Assembly: GCA_963726195.1 (NCBI GenBank)
Contig: CAVSBO010000008.1
Coordinates: 112,276-176,275, forward strand
DNA length: 64,000 bases
Reading direction: 5' to 3'
DNA from: Candidatus Thorarchaeota archaeon
GTDB lineage: Archaea; Asgardarchaeota; Thorarchaeia; Thorarchaeales; Thorarchaeaceae
Part shown: piece after piece, positions 41,675-50,464 of the stretch
Position numbering within the stretch: the stretch's first letter is position 1
Layout: each line of letters starts with the position of its first letter
Notes under the pieces: generated by a model
Told to the model about the DNA's origin: nothing
What the model saw: the letters and a program-made list of their open reading frames with translations, nothing else
The model's database searches: none
Program-made: the position numbers and the translations under genes

Positions 41675-43384
41675 ATGAAAGCACTACAACTTATCAGGTC
41701 CAGTAGAAAAGCAAAGGCACTGCTTGTCAATGTCATTATTCTAATACTTGGCGTCGTTTCGGTTTTCTCTTTGACATACTATGCGGATGCTGAACATCCC
41801 TATACAATCGTGCATCATACACTTGAGTCCGGTGATGGGACTCTCATCCAAGGACTAGTATACACGCCGGTTGACACTTCGGGAAAATGTCCGGGTGTTG
41901 TAGTTGGACATGGGTTCTGTGAAAACAAGGAATACATGCAACCATTGTCAATCGAGCTTGTAAAACGAGGCCTCGTGGTTGTAAACATTGACTTTCGTGG
42001 TCATGGATCTTCGGAAGGTTATCTGAGTGATTTTGAACGAAGCAATGGACTTGTCCTAGATATGCTGGCAGGAGTGAGATACCTAGAAGACCTGGGATTT
42101 GTAGATAGAATCGGACTAGCAGGGCACTCAATGGGTGGCGGCACTTCGATGCTCACTGCACTGCAAAATCCGACGAAGATTAATGCAACGGTTGCTATTG
42201 GAGCACTTTCAACGTTCTCTTCAAGTGGAAATATCTCTAAAGTGCCAAACCTTCTTGCTGTATTTGCTTCGCATGACCAAGGGATAACTCGGGATGAAGG
42301 GCTAAGTTTCCTGAGGTCATACACAGGACGTGAAGATGTTGAGATTGGTACCCTGTATGGGAATTTCGCAGCTGGGAATGCGACAAAGGTTTCTATAAGC
42401 CCATACTCCGAGCATCTCATGGAGCCAATTGATTCTTCGATTATTTATGAAGCAGTTCAATGGTTTGAGTACGCTTTCAATGGAGCACCAGGAACAGATG
42501 TCCGGATAACTGCACAATACCTCATCGTATCGCTCGTCGTCTCACTCACTGGATTGCTTCTAGTTCTGTTCACATTCGTATCATACTTAGGAAGTTACAT
42601 CTTCAAAGGAAGACAGGTACATCCTCGAGCATTGGACGAAAGTGGAAAATTCCCGCTCAGGCCCATCTTGGGATACTTGCTTGCAGCATTCATGGCCTTT
42701 GTTCTCTTGATCCCAGTCTCTGCCTTCTTCATGGATGTCGCGCCTATTACTATGTTCAACTCTGTCTTTGCGGGTCAGGCCGTCGGACTTGCCTTTGGAA
42801 TTGTAGTGGTATCAATCCTTCTCTCATACAAAGGTGGTAAATTACAACTGCAGAGGATACTAACAAGAAGTAAGGAGATGACGTCGACTTCACCCTACTT
42901 ATCATTGGTGTATGGAGTCATCACTGGAATAGTGAGCATAAGTGCATTAATAGCTGTATTTGACTGGAGTATCGTAGCCTCGATGCCAACCACAAGAGAA
43001 GTCGGAGTCATCTTCTCACTCGTATTTCTGCTGTTCCCATTTTTCTTCCTGAAGGAGTTCTATCTACGTGGTTTCATTCAAGAACGCTTGAAATATGCCA
43101 GTAGAATCAGAGAGTACTTCACAATGCTGGTCACTGCGATAGTTATTGATACCCTAGTATTCATTCCTGTCATGATGATTGGCTGGCAATCAGTATCTCT
43201 CTCCTTCGTTGCTCTGGCTCTGACAGCTGTGACTCTGTTCATAATATTCCAACAGGTACTAACCACATGGGTCTACATGAATTCAGGTCGGAATATCCTT
43301 GGATCGACTGTCTTCTACTGCATCCTTTTCGCGTGGATGATAATTTGCTTCTATCCATTTGGTCAACCAATGATGCTTCTGTAG
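41675..43384 (+). CDS. Fusion protein: an N-terminal secreted alpha/beta-hydrolase domain followed by a C-terminal polytopic membrane domain that is weakly CPBP/Abi-like
   Basis: VVVGHGFCENKEY...GLAGHSMGGG is the nucleophile elbow. It is followed by ~8 TM helices that contain KEFYLRGF, reminiscent of the CPBP 'EExxxRG' motif; the second CPBP motif is not evident. Confidence 0.55.
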   Translation: MKALQLIRSSRKAKALLVNVIILILGVVSVFSLTYYADAEHPYTIVHHTLESGDGTLIQGLVYTPVDTSGKCPGVVVGHGFCENKEYMQPLSIELVKRGLVVVNIDFRGHGSSEGYLSDFERSNGLVLDMLAGVRYLEDLGFVDRIGLAGHSMGGGTSMLTALQNPTKINATVAIGALSTFSSSGNISKVPNLLAVFASHDQGITRDEGLSFLRSYTGREDVEIGTLYGNFAAGNATKVSISPYSEHLMEPIDSSIIYEAVQWFEYAFNGAPGTDVRITAQYLIVSLVVSLTGLLLVLFTFVSYLGSYIFKGRQVHPRALDESGKFPLRPILGYLLAAFMAFVLLIPVSAFFMDVAPITMFNSVFAGQAVGLAFGIVVVSILLSYKGGKLQLQRILTRSKEMTSTSPYLSLVYGVITGIVSISALIAVFDWSIVASMPTTREVGVIFSLVFLLFPFFFLKEFYLRGFIQERLKYASRIREYFTMLVTAIVIDTLVFIPVMMIGWQSVSLSFVALALTAVTLFIIFQQVLTTWVYMNSGRNILGSTVFYCILFAWMIICFYPFGQPMMLL

Positions 43385-43509
43385 ACGGATGTGTTCGTAT
43401 ACAAATCACAGGAGTCCCGAGATCGCGGGCTCTCATATGGAGCGATAACTCGGTTGCTATACAAGCGATTCGGAAGATCCTGGGATATCAGCTCAGTGGA
43501 GCATTCCAA

Positions 43510-44595
43510 TCATACGGATTTCACGCCTTTGCGGCCCTTCGCCGCGGAGATCCTCTTGATCCGCGTGTCCAGAACGGGGTGATCGAGCAAGAATTCGACT
43601 CTCTTACTAATGCTGCCGTGTACTAGACTGTTCTCCGCCAGCTTGACCAATGCCGAGGCCATAGCATCAGGGCTCACGAGAATCGAGGCATACATATCAG
43701 CATCTGTTTCCCACCGCCTCGAAATCCAAGGCAATATGAGCACCGGAAAACCGATGACAACGAAAGCCAACGATATCAGTGATAGGATTTGGATGCCTTC
43801 CGAAAGGAGGCCAGCAGCATTCAAAACCGTGAGAAGAGCAACCACATTTATGGCGACTAACGCTGGTACGAAGAAGGCTAGTACCTTCTTGACATAGTGT
43901 CGTCCCGCGACATGTCCCAGCTCGTGGGCCACGACGGCTGCTGTCTCTTCCTCGCTCAGAATCTTCTCAAGGTAGCTTGAAAGTGCAATGACGGAGTTTC
44001 TTCCGCCTCCAAACTGGAATGCGTTCGCCACCTTGAGGCGGCTAAGTTCCAAGTATCCAACCATACTCACATTGATGTTCGATTTCGCTATTGCATCCCA
44101 GATGAGAGGATGTTCGTCACGGCTAAGCGGTCTGAGCTTCTTTTGTAGTCCTTGGCTTCTCATTGGGATGAATATCGATGCTGCCATTAGGGAAATCAGA
44201 ATCCCGTCCATACTGATGTAGAAAACAATGGAATCCTGAGGGAAGACTGGCCTAAGCACTGTCAGAATTATCACAGTGGCAAAGATGATGTCATAGAATA
44301 CGGGCTCAATAACGTTGAACCGAAAGTACTCTCCAAAGCTCGCCTCGATATGTCTATGTCTTGCTTCTAGTCGATACTTCGCGCGCATGATGGTGAGCTG
44401 CACGAGCGTGACGGTGAACAACGCGACCAAGGCATAAACGGGCTGCCAGGTGGACAGGTAGCCCAATGTAAGTGGAATCAGGATGGCCCCCGAGAGCATC
44501 GACAGTCCCGACAAGATTACGAACCGACTTCCAAGCCCGCGTGAATCGGTTCCGGTTTCGTCACCCATTGTCTTCCACCCATTCCTAGCTTTCAT
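43510..44595 (-). CDS. M48-family (HtpX-like) membrane zinc metalloprotease
   Basis: HELGH is an HExxH motif sitting between TM helices in the typical HtpX arrangement. Confidence 0.7.
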   Translation of the reverse strand: MKARNGWKTMGDETGTDSRGLGSRFVILSGLSMLSGAILIPLTLGYLSTWQPVYALVALFTVTLVQLTIMRAKYRLEARHRHIEASFGEYFRFNVIEPVFYDIIFATVIILTVLRPVFPQDSIVFYISMDGILISLMAASIFIPMRSQGLQKKLRPLSRDEHPLIWDAIAKSNINVSMVGYLELSRLKVANAFQFGGGRNSVIALSSYLEKILSEEETAAVVAHELGHVAGRHYVKKVLAFFVPALVAINVVALLTVLNAAGLLSEGIQILSLISLAFVVIGFPVLILPWISRRWETDADMYASILVSPDAMASALVKLAENSLVHGSISKRVEFLLDHPVLDTRIKRISAAKGRKGVKSV

Positions 44596-44704
44596 AGGAA
44601 GCGAAGTCTAACCCCCATCTCTGCCCTGTGCCACTATCATAGCACTTGCAAAGTGGGTTCCAATTCCTGCCGCAGCTTCCAGTCGGGTATGCGCCTTTCT
44701 CATG

Positions 44705-45991
44705 TCAGCTGTCTTGGCCGCTCGCTAGTTCACCCATCTTACTCTCCCATTCGCGTGCTTGGCGTACCTTTACGTTCCTGTAAATCTGCCAGCCAAGGTA
44801 CCCAATAACGGCAAACGAAGTGACCGCCGCAATCTCACCCACATTGGCGGTTGCACTCCCGAAAGGCTCTCCCTGCTCGACATGAACAATGACCGAATCG
44901 GATGCTGGCCTGCTAAACAGATCATACACGACCAAAGTCACATTGTAGATGCCGGTGCTCAGCCCATCTAGGTCATAGGTGATAGAACCACCGGTCCACT
45001 TCCCGTTCTCATTGACTGCGCCATTCATGTATATCTCATATACACTAGGGGCCGTGGACTGAGGCGTCCAGACGATCTGATGAGCTCCAGATCCCGCTGT
45101 AAACGACACATCACTCGGAGAGTCGATTGTAGGAGCTGTTGTCTCAGAGGCTACTATTCTGTATGCCAGCCTTAGATCATGAAATCTGAGTGTCTCGCAA
45201 AGGGGGTCAGTGCCATATCCACTGAACTGGATTGAAATGTACTTGACGAGGCGGCTTCCCTCTGGTTGCTCGGAGAGAAGATAGTCTTCGCCGCTAGGAC
45301 ATGTCATCCAAAGTCCGGATGGATAGAGGACAAGTCGGAGTGTGTCATGAAAAGGCATGGCATATGAGCTCTGATCAGTTTCGGTCGTTGTACCGTTGCT
45401 GTACCTGTAGACCGAGTTGACACAGACCCCGCTTGTATCTGTCCAAGGATCGGCAACCTGTATCACTGCAATAGTTGCACCGTCGGCCGCGTGTAGGCCG
45501 AGCCTAATCCAGCCCCGTCTATCAGCCGCGCTTGCATTCATTTCGAACTCAGCAAAAAGCTGTTCGAAGTCGTGAAGCTCGAATGGTTGCTCAAGCGTAC
45601 AATAGTACAGAGGTCCGTGATTGCCTGTACCAGTTCCAACATCATCAGAGTAGAAATAGGTCCCAGAGCAATTGATTGAACCGAAAGTCACATTGACTGA
45701 TGAATCATGCGTCCAAGTGTTGTTTCCTCGGCCGTCGAATGCAGTCAAGTTCGAGCAGTCGTGATGCCAAGTGAACCTAATGACTGGGGTATCGACATCC
45801 GCGACATTCACAGTGTCTCTGGCAGCATTGCCAGCGGAATCTTTGACCACAATGATATGGTTGTGTATGCCAGCTGTATCGAGTCCTTCGGCCATTGGCT
45901 TCGGCAAGTTGTATGACGCGAAGAGAATGCTCAACGTCAGAAGGCAGAAGACTGACAATGCTACCAGCCTCTGCCTGCTGCGATGAAGCAT
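44705..45991 (-). CDS. Secreted surface (glyco)protein with a signal peptide, many NxS/T sequons and a C-terminal TM anchor
   Basis: I can see the N-terminal hydrophobic leader and the C-terminal helix AAVTSFAVIGYLGWQIY. Confidence 0.5.
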   Translation of the reverse strand: MLHRSRQRLVALSVFCLLTLSILFASYNLPKPMAEGLDTAGIHNHIIVVKDSAGNAARDTVNVADVDTPVIRFTWHHDCSNLTAFDGRGNNTWTHDSSVNVTFGSINCSGTYFYSDDVGTGTGNHGPLYYCTLEQPFELHDFEQLFAEFEMNASAADRRGWIRLGLHAADGATIAVIQVADPWTDTSGVCVNSVYRYSNGTTTETDQSSYAMPFHDTLRLVLYPSGLWMTCPSGEDYLLSEQPEGSRLVKYISIQFSGYGTDPLCETLRFHDLRLAYRIVASETTAPTIDSPSDVSFTAGSGAHQIVWTPQSTAPSVYEIYMNGAVNENGKWTGGSITYDLDGLSTGIYNVTLVVYDLFSRPASDSVIVHVEQGEPFGSATANVGEIAAVTSFAVIGYLGWQIYRNVKVRQAREWESKMGELASGQDS

Positions 45992-46164
45992 TCGGTCTTC
46001 TATGATAGATGCGCCTCCATAGCCCAGTACAGCAAATCAAGTACAAGGAGCAAAGATCGTATTTACGCGTTATGTCCGCTGAACCTGTGAGATAGGGGTT
46101 CGCAATAGCAATCGATCCGAATCTGGCATAGGTACCACACATACTAGGTAGGGGACTCATAGAG

Positions 46165-46390
46165 AAACGCGGCGAGGAGTCCCCCAAATTCAGTCTGGGG
46201 AGGAATCGCCGCCGCGGGGGACTTATGAGTTTAAATGTGACCCTGAAAAGTGAAGGATTGTATCCGACCGTGGCAATGCTGTGGTCGGGAGGGCGAAAGT
46301 CAACCGCCCGAATGTCGCACGAAATGACGAGGTAGAGTTCCTACCGCGGATCGCAGTGGCAAGCCTACGACTTTAGTCGCGGGTAGTTGA
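46165..46390. repeat. Conserved structured intergenic element, copy 2. Its 3' end overlaps the last 7 codons of the GNAT gene.
   Basis: See copy 1; the alignment was done by eye. Confidence 0.5.
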
Positions 46391-46870
46391 CCTATGTTTC
46401 AGTCTGAACGCGTAGACAATCTGGTCGTTGTGCCAGCTTAGGTAGTGTGAGACGCGACCTCCCACCTCAAACCCGCACGACTCGTAGAACCGCTGCGCAT
46501 AGTCCATGAAGTCCCCCGTGTCCACGCGTAGCACATCTGCACTGCGGTGTTCAGCACCCAGCCTCTTGATGTGCTCGACCAGCTCCCTGCCAATTCCTTT
46601 CCGCAGGTAGTCGTGATGAACCACTATCGACTCTATGACCAGTGCTCTCCACCCATATTGGACTGCCGCGAATCCGACCACATCATGGCTAGCAGGGTCC
46701 TCTGCCACGAGCACTGTACCGAACTCCGGGTTCTGAGCGAAGAGGCCGATTCTCAGTTTCTCATGCGATAAGAACTGGGGACCGAAGTTCTCAGCGTTCA
46801 GAATGATGTCTTGCAGAACAGGCCAGTCCTCAGGTCTGTAGTTTCTGATGATTGCCGCCATTTGGGTCAT
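46373..46870 (-). CDS. GNAT-family N-acetyltransferase
   Basis: HHDYLRKGIGRELV (motif A) plus typical flanks. 165 aa. Confidence 0.85.
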   Translation of the reverse strand: MTQMAAIIRNYRPEDWPVLQDIILNAENFGPQFLSHEKLRIGLFAQNPEFGTVLVAEDPASHDVVGFAAVQYGWRALVIESIVVHHDYLRKGIGRELVEHIKRLGAEHRSADVLRVDTGDFMDYAQRFYESCGFEVGGRVSHYLSWHNDQIVYAFRLKHRSTTRD

Positions 46871-47015
46871 CTCCGGGGACTTGCTCGCACCAAGAAAAGG
46901 AGAGCGGACGAGCTCCTCTCAGCTCTGGAATCTGACTAGGTCCGTTTCTCCCGTTGATAGTGCAGGAACTCAGGACCGAGTTGCGCTCCGTGCGTGACCA
47001 ACTATCAATCCATCG

Positions 47016-48236
47016 TCACACCACAGGACGGACAAAACGCGCTCCTAGTGTGTTCATCTGAAAATGCTGAATAACGGGGCCATGCTTTCGTCTGCTTCGT
47101 GCTCTTCTGACTACGAGAACAAGGACGCCTGCGGCCGGAAAGGCAGCAATAACCAAAATGACTTGGAAGGGCGAAACAGTCCCCGGGAATGCCATTGGAT
47201 ATCTGTCAATACTGCCTGCTTCTCCCGGAATCGCATAGACACCAATTCCAAAGTAGCTGGCCCAGTAGTTGCCTGCATTCGCTGAATTGTCCCATGTATT
47301 ATTCCCGCCTCTGTCACGAGCGTCTCCTGCGGTATTCCATCCGATTCTGTTTCCATAGAAAGTGTTGGAGATCCCCTCGACGTCTATTCCGTAGCTCGCG
47401 CCATGAATGACGGTATTGTTCGCTATCAGGCAAGAGTTACCGTACATATAGATTCCAGGGCTTCCGCTGCCCGAAATGTCATTGTTGGCAATCACGCAGA
47501 GGTCCATCCTGCTGAGCATGAGTCCACGGCCCCTGCTTTGAGTTACGACATTTGTCACAATCTGACTGTGCGAGCATTCATCCATTGCGATTCCGTTCTG
47601 ACCGCTCAGGTCAATCGTGTTGCTGGAGACAAGTAAGTGGGATGTGCCCCAAAGCTCAATTCCGTCCCCCCCACAGCCCGTAATCAAACACGAATCTATC
47701 ACGCAGTCAGAAGAACCCGTCATCCAGATGCCATCAGATATTGACGAGTGAAAGTAGCAATCATCGATTGTCACATTGAGGGAGGATTCGAGAAACGCCC
47801 CGATTCCTTCTCCAGACAAGGTGCAATGTGAAACAAGTCCGCTGGACACGTTATCGAACCATATGGCAGGATAAGTACCAGCCTCTTCGTCTAAAGCGGT
47901 CGTGGACAGTTCACAGTCACGGATGGTGAAATGAGCGGTGGTATCTGAAACACGAATGCACGAGTTCGTCGATACTATCGATAATTCTGATATGGTGTAA
48001 GGATTCTGTACCGAGCCGTTGCCTGGCCATCCCTGCACTTGGAAGTCGCCGTTGTCCGTAATCACGATTGGGTGGTGTGTGGCGACCGACTGTACCTTAG
48101 TGTAGGAGTGAGGTGCCATCGCGAGCCCACTGGCGCCTAGACATGGCACCAGCAAGAGCGAGAGGATCACTGAGTATCGGACAAACAGAGCAACTGCCGC
48201 ACGAAACACCCGCGTATACTTCCTCGTTCGTTCCAA
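47016..48236 (-). CDS. Right-handed parallel beta-helix (PbH1/NosD-like) cell-surface protein with a signal peptide and a C-terminal TM anchor
   Basis: Repeated ~22-aa units (xxNxIxxNxxxGIxx) are visible, with SGxxIG and ANN(T/V) repeats. The C-terminus is VILVIAAFPAAGVLVLVVRRARSRRK. Confidence 0.6.
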   Translation of the reverse strand: MERTRKYTRVFRAAVALFVRYSVILSLLLVPCLGASGLAMAPHSYTKVQSVATHHPIVITDNGDFQVQGWPGNGSVQNPYTISELSIVSTNSCIRVSDTTAHFTIRDCELSTTALDEEAGTYPAIWFDNVSSGLVSHCTLSGEGIGAFLESSLNVTIDDCYFHSSISDGIWMTGSSDCVIDSCLITGCGGDGIELWGTSHLLVSSNTIDLSGQNGIAMDECSHSQIVTNVVTQSRGRGLMLSRMDLCVIANNDISGSGSPGIYMYGNSCLIANNTVIHGASYGIDVEGISNTFYGNRIGWNTAGDARDRGGNNTWDNSANAGNYWASYFGIGVYAIPGEAGSIDRYPMAFPGTVSPFQVILVIAAFPAAGVLVLVVRRARSRRKHGPVIQHFQMNTLGARFVRPVV

Positions 48237-48398
48237 AAAAGGCTTCTGAAAGACTAGATGAGTGTCAACCTGAGGCGGACCGGAATTGTCATCTCAACCG
48301 ACTAGGTTCGCCAAGCATTCCTGCTCGATTGCGAACAGCTGGTTCTCTTATCTGTAAGGCAAATAGTCAGGACCGGATAACTCGCTGCCCACGATGAA

Positions 48399-48716
48399 CT
48401 ATCTGTCCAAAGTCACTCCGCAGAATGGACAACATGCGCTCTTTCCACTTTTCAAACAATCGACTTCAGTGGCTGGAAGCGCCTGTCGGAAGCTTAGACA
48501 AACTTGGGCATCGACTTGTAGGAGCTTATAATCGCAGCCAAGTATCTCAATCGTCGAGATTGAAACGACAAGAGTTCGGCTTCGAGGCGATTGAGCATGG
48601 TCTTGTCTCCGGAGGAACGAACACTCCTGCGTCCAACTTTGTCTAACTAGTGATGATGGGTTTTCCGGCTTTCTCTGACAACGCATGACGGGAAGATGAC
48701 TACAGGATTGTTGCAT
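48399..48716 (-). pseudogene. Remnant of a second LRR–zinc-ribbon gene
   Basis: The C-terminal 24 aa (ATEVDCLKSGKSACCPFCGVTLDR*) and the underlying ~85 nt are ~80% identical to the tail of the 36705 LRR gene. Upstream residues are only weakly LRR-like. Confidence 0.4.
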
Positions 48717-49853
48717 AACGATGTGATACGACAGAGTGACTTGGACGAGTTGGCACCAAGGTCATCATTGGCGGGCGAGAATCAGAAGGCGAAGCATCTT
48801 ACAGTGCGATTGGTGTGGCACGACCGAGCGTGGGATGGTCACATCTGCAACAGGCCAGGCCTGAACACATCATGCGTCATGCATGATTACGTTCGTGGTA
48901 GGCGAAATGATGGACTGGAGGACTCAAATGCAGGAAAGCCCGTTTCAGAGCTAGATTTCATTCCACCGTGTGGCAGCGATATGGGAGCGTTCTCCGGGTT
49001 TGGATTCAGCATCAAGCACGATGATCCCTTCGAAAGGAGTTCTCTGGGTTCTGTTCAGGAGATTGTCCCACCGTTTAGCTGTGCTGCGCGGCCCTATGGT
49101 CGCATGCTGGCCGATGATGACACAGAACACACTTGGACAAAAGAGGACGAACAGTCCAGACGACTGGAAGCATTCTTCGATGAGATTAGAGCGGCCGAGT
49201 CACTAGTCTTCTTCTACGTTGAGCATGCGGATGACCTGGAGGTCGAAAGCGGCGAAAAGGTCGTCGTGGGTGTAAGCACTTTGAAGAAACTTGGTGACCA
49301 ACTGTTCTTTGGGTCGAAGGAGACAAACGGACTCGAGCATCCTGTCTGGTCCCGAATAATCACACACGGCTTTCCGAATGAGGGCGTCAGAATTCCCTAT
49401 CAGGAGTACATCGCTCAAGGCAAAGATACGTCAGATATCTTGGTGACAGTTCCACGAAATGCAAGGCCCGGGTTTTCACATGTCTCTGAGACTATTTCCG
49501 ATGACGTAGCAGTCGGCGTCCTTCAGAGGATATTCGCCTCCATCCGGCGTGTTCGAGATGATGGCTATGTTCATGGAACATGGGACAAGGCCTTGGTCTG
49601 GTTGGACGAAACGATTGGTCGCCTCTGGAAGGATAGGGGCCCTTGTCCGGGCATTGGACCTGTGCTCAACTACCTAGGTTTTAGAGGGGGCCGCAAGTAC
49701 GCAGAGGAACTGGAGTCAGCAGGCAAGGACTTGGGTCAGTTCTTGATTCAGCTGCCCGCGTATACTGGATGGAAGTCAATCGCCGCCAAAACAGAGCCAT
49801 ATGTGGGATTGGAGTCGCGCGTCGGCGAACTGGAAGAGACTGCCCGCGGCTAG
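48696..49853 (+). CDS. Hypothetical 385-aa protein; probably continues for ~70 more codons in the +1 frame (ORF 49801..50055)
   Basis: I see no recognisable domain. The downstream +1-frame ORF reads on directly (…EETARG* / …RLPAARQKLLHMFCILDINKK…), which suggests a frameshift near 49845. Confidence 0.4.
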   Translation: MTTGLLHNDVIRQSDLDELAPRSSLAGENQKAKHLTVRLVWHDRAWDGHICNRPGLNTSCVMHDYVRGRRNDGLEDSNAGKPVSELDFIPPCGSDMGAFSGFGFSIKHDDPFERSSLGSVQEIVPPFSCAARPYGRMLADDDTEHTWTKEDEQSRRLEAFFDEIRAAESLVFFYVEHADDLEVESGEKVVVGVSTLKKLGDQLFFGSKETNGLEHPVWSRIITHGFPNEGVRIPYQEYIAQGKDTSDILVTVPRNARPGFSHVSETISDDVAVGVLQRIFASIRRVRDDGYVHGTWDKALVWLDETIGRLWKDRGPCPGIGPVLNYLGFRGGRKYAEELESAGKDLGQFLIQLPAYTGWKSIAAKTEPYVGLESRVGELEETARG

Positions 49854-49975
49854 ACAGAAGCTGCTTCACATGTTCTGCATTCTCGACATTAACAAGAAGC
49901 AAGTGGACTTCTGGGCAGACCCCGATGCTCGGAAAGAATTGGGGATTAAGTGCAGTGACGAAGATATTCTTGCGA

Positions 49976-50057
49976 ACCGTTCATTGTTAGTTGGACAAAG
50001 TTGGACACAGGAGTCTTCGTCCGCCCAGAAACGGCACTGGGCTCAAACTCCTTGAGG
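49976..50057 (+). repeat. 82-bp direct repeat, copy A; it encodes the C-terminus of the 49801..50055 ORF
   Basis: It is identical to 50245..50326 except for one mismatch. A hairpin TGAGGTC(n16)GACCTCA follows. Confidence 0.9.
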
Positions 50058-50244
50058 TCAGGTTTGTGTCTTTTCGACCTCAATGATTGAATTCTTCACT
50101 GACGCTTGTATACTCCTACAGTTTCGTGTCCAGCTTTGTCCAGATTTTCGGCGGCTGCCGCTGACGCCTATTTGCTTTGTGAGCAGAGTTCTGCCACACA
50201 GGATTAAGCGAGCGTTTCCTTTGAAACAGTGGATCGAGCTTTGT

Positions 50245-50326
50245 ACCGTTCATTGTTAGTTGGACAAAGTTGGACACAGGAGTCTTTGTCCGCCCAGAAA
50301 CGGCACTGGGCTCAAACTCCTTGAGG
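50245..50326 (+). repeat. 82-bp direct repeat, copy B
   Basis: See copy A. It is followed by the hairpin CCTTGAGG(n19)CCTCAAGG. Confidence 0.9.
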
Positions 50327-50464
50327 CTGCAGCGTGTCGAGTCAACCTCAAGGAGCAGTCTGGTTCGAGCTATTTAAGCCCCCACTGGAAAATGCCCAAG
50401 ACCGTCCAACTTCTACGCAGGCGTTGTCAACCCTGAGGACTCCGGTGTCAAGACAGCAGCCAGC

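Noticed and set aside
14741-46390. The two direct copies of the ~225-bp element as attL/attR of a ~31-kb integrated element
   Set aside because: The copies are only about 90% identical, whereas att sites made by integration are identical. Substitutions are concentrated in hairpin loops. No integrase, transposase or viral gene lies between them; the interval is ordinary metabolic and surface genes. No tRNA-like target is visible.
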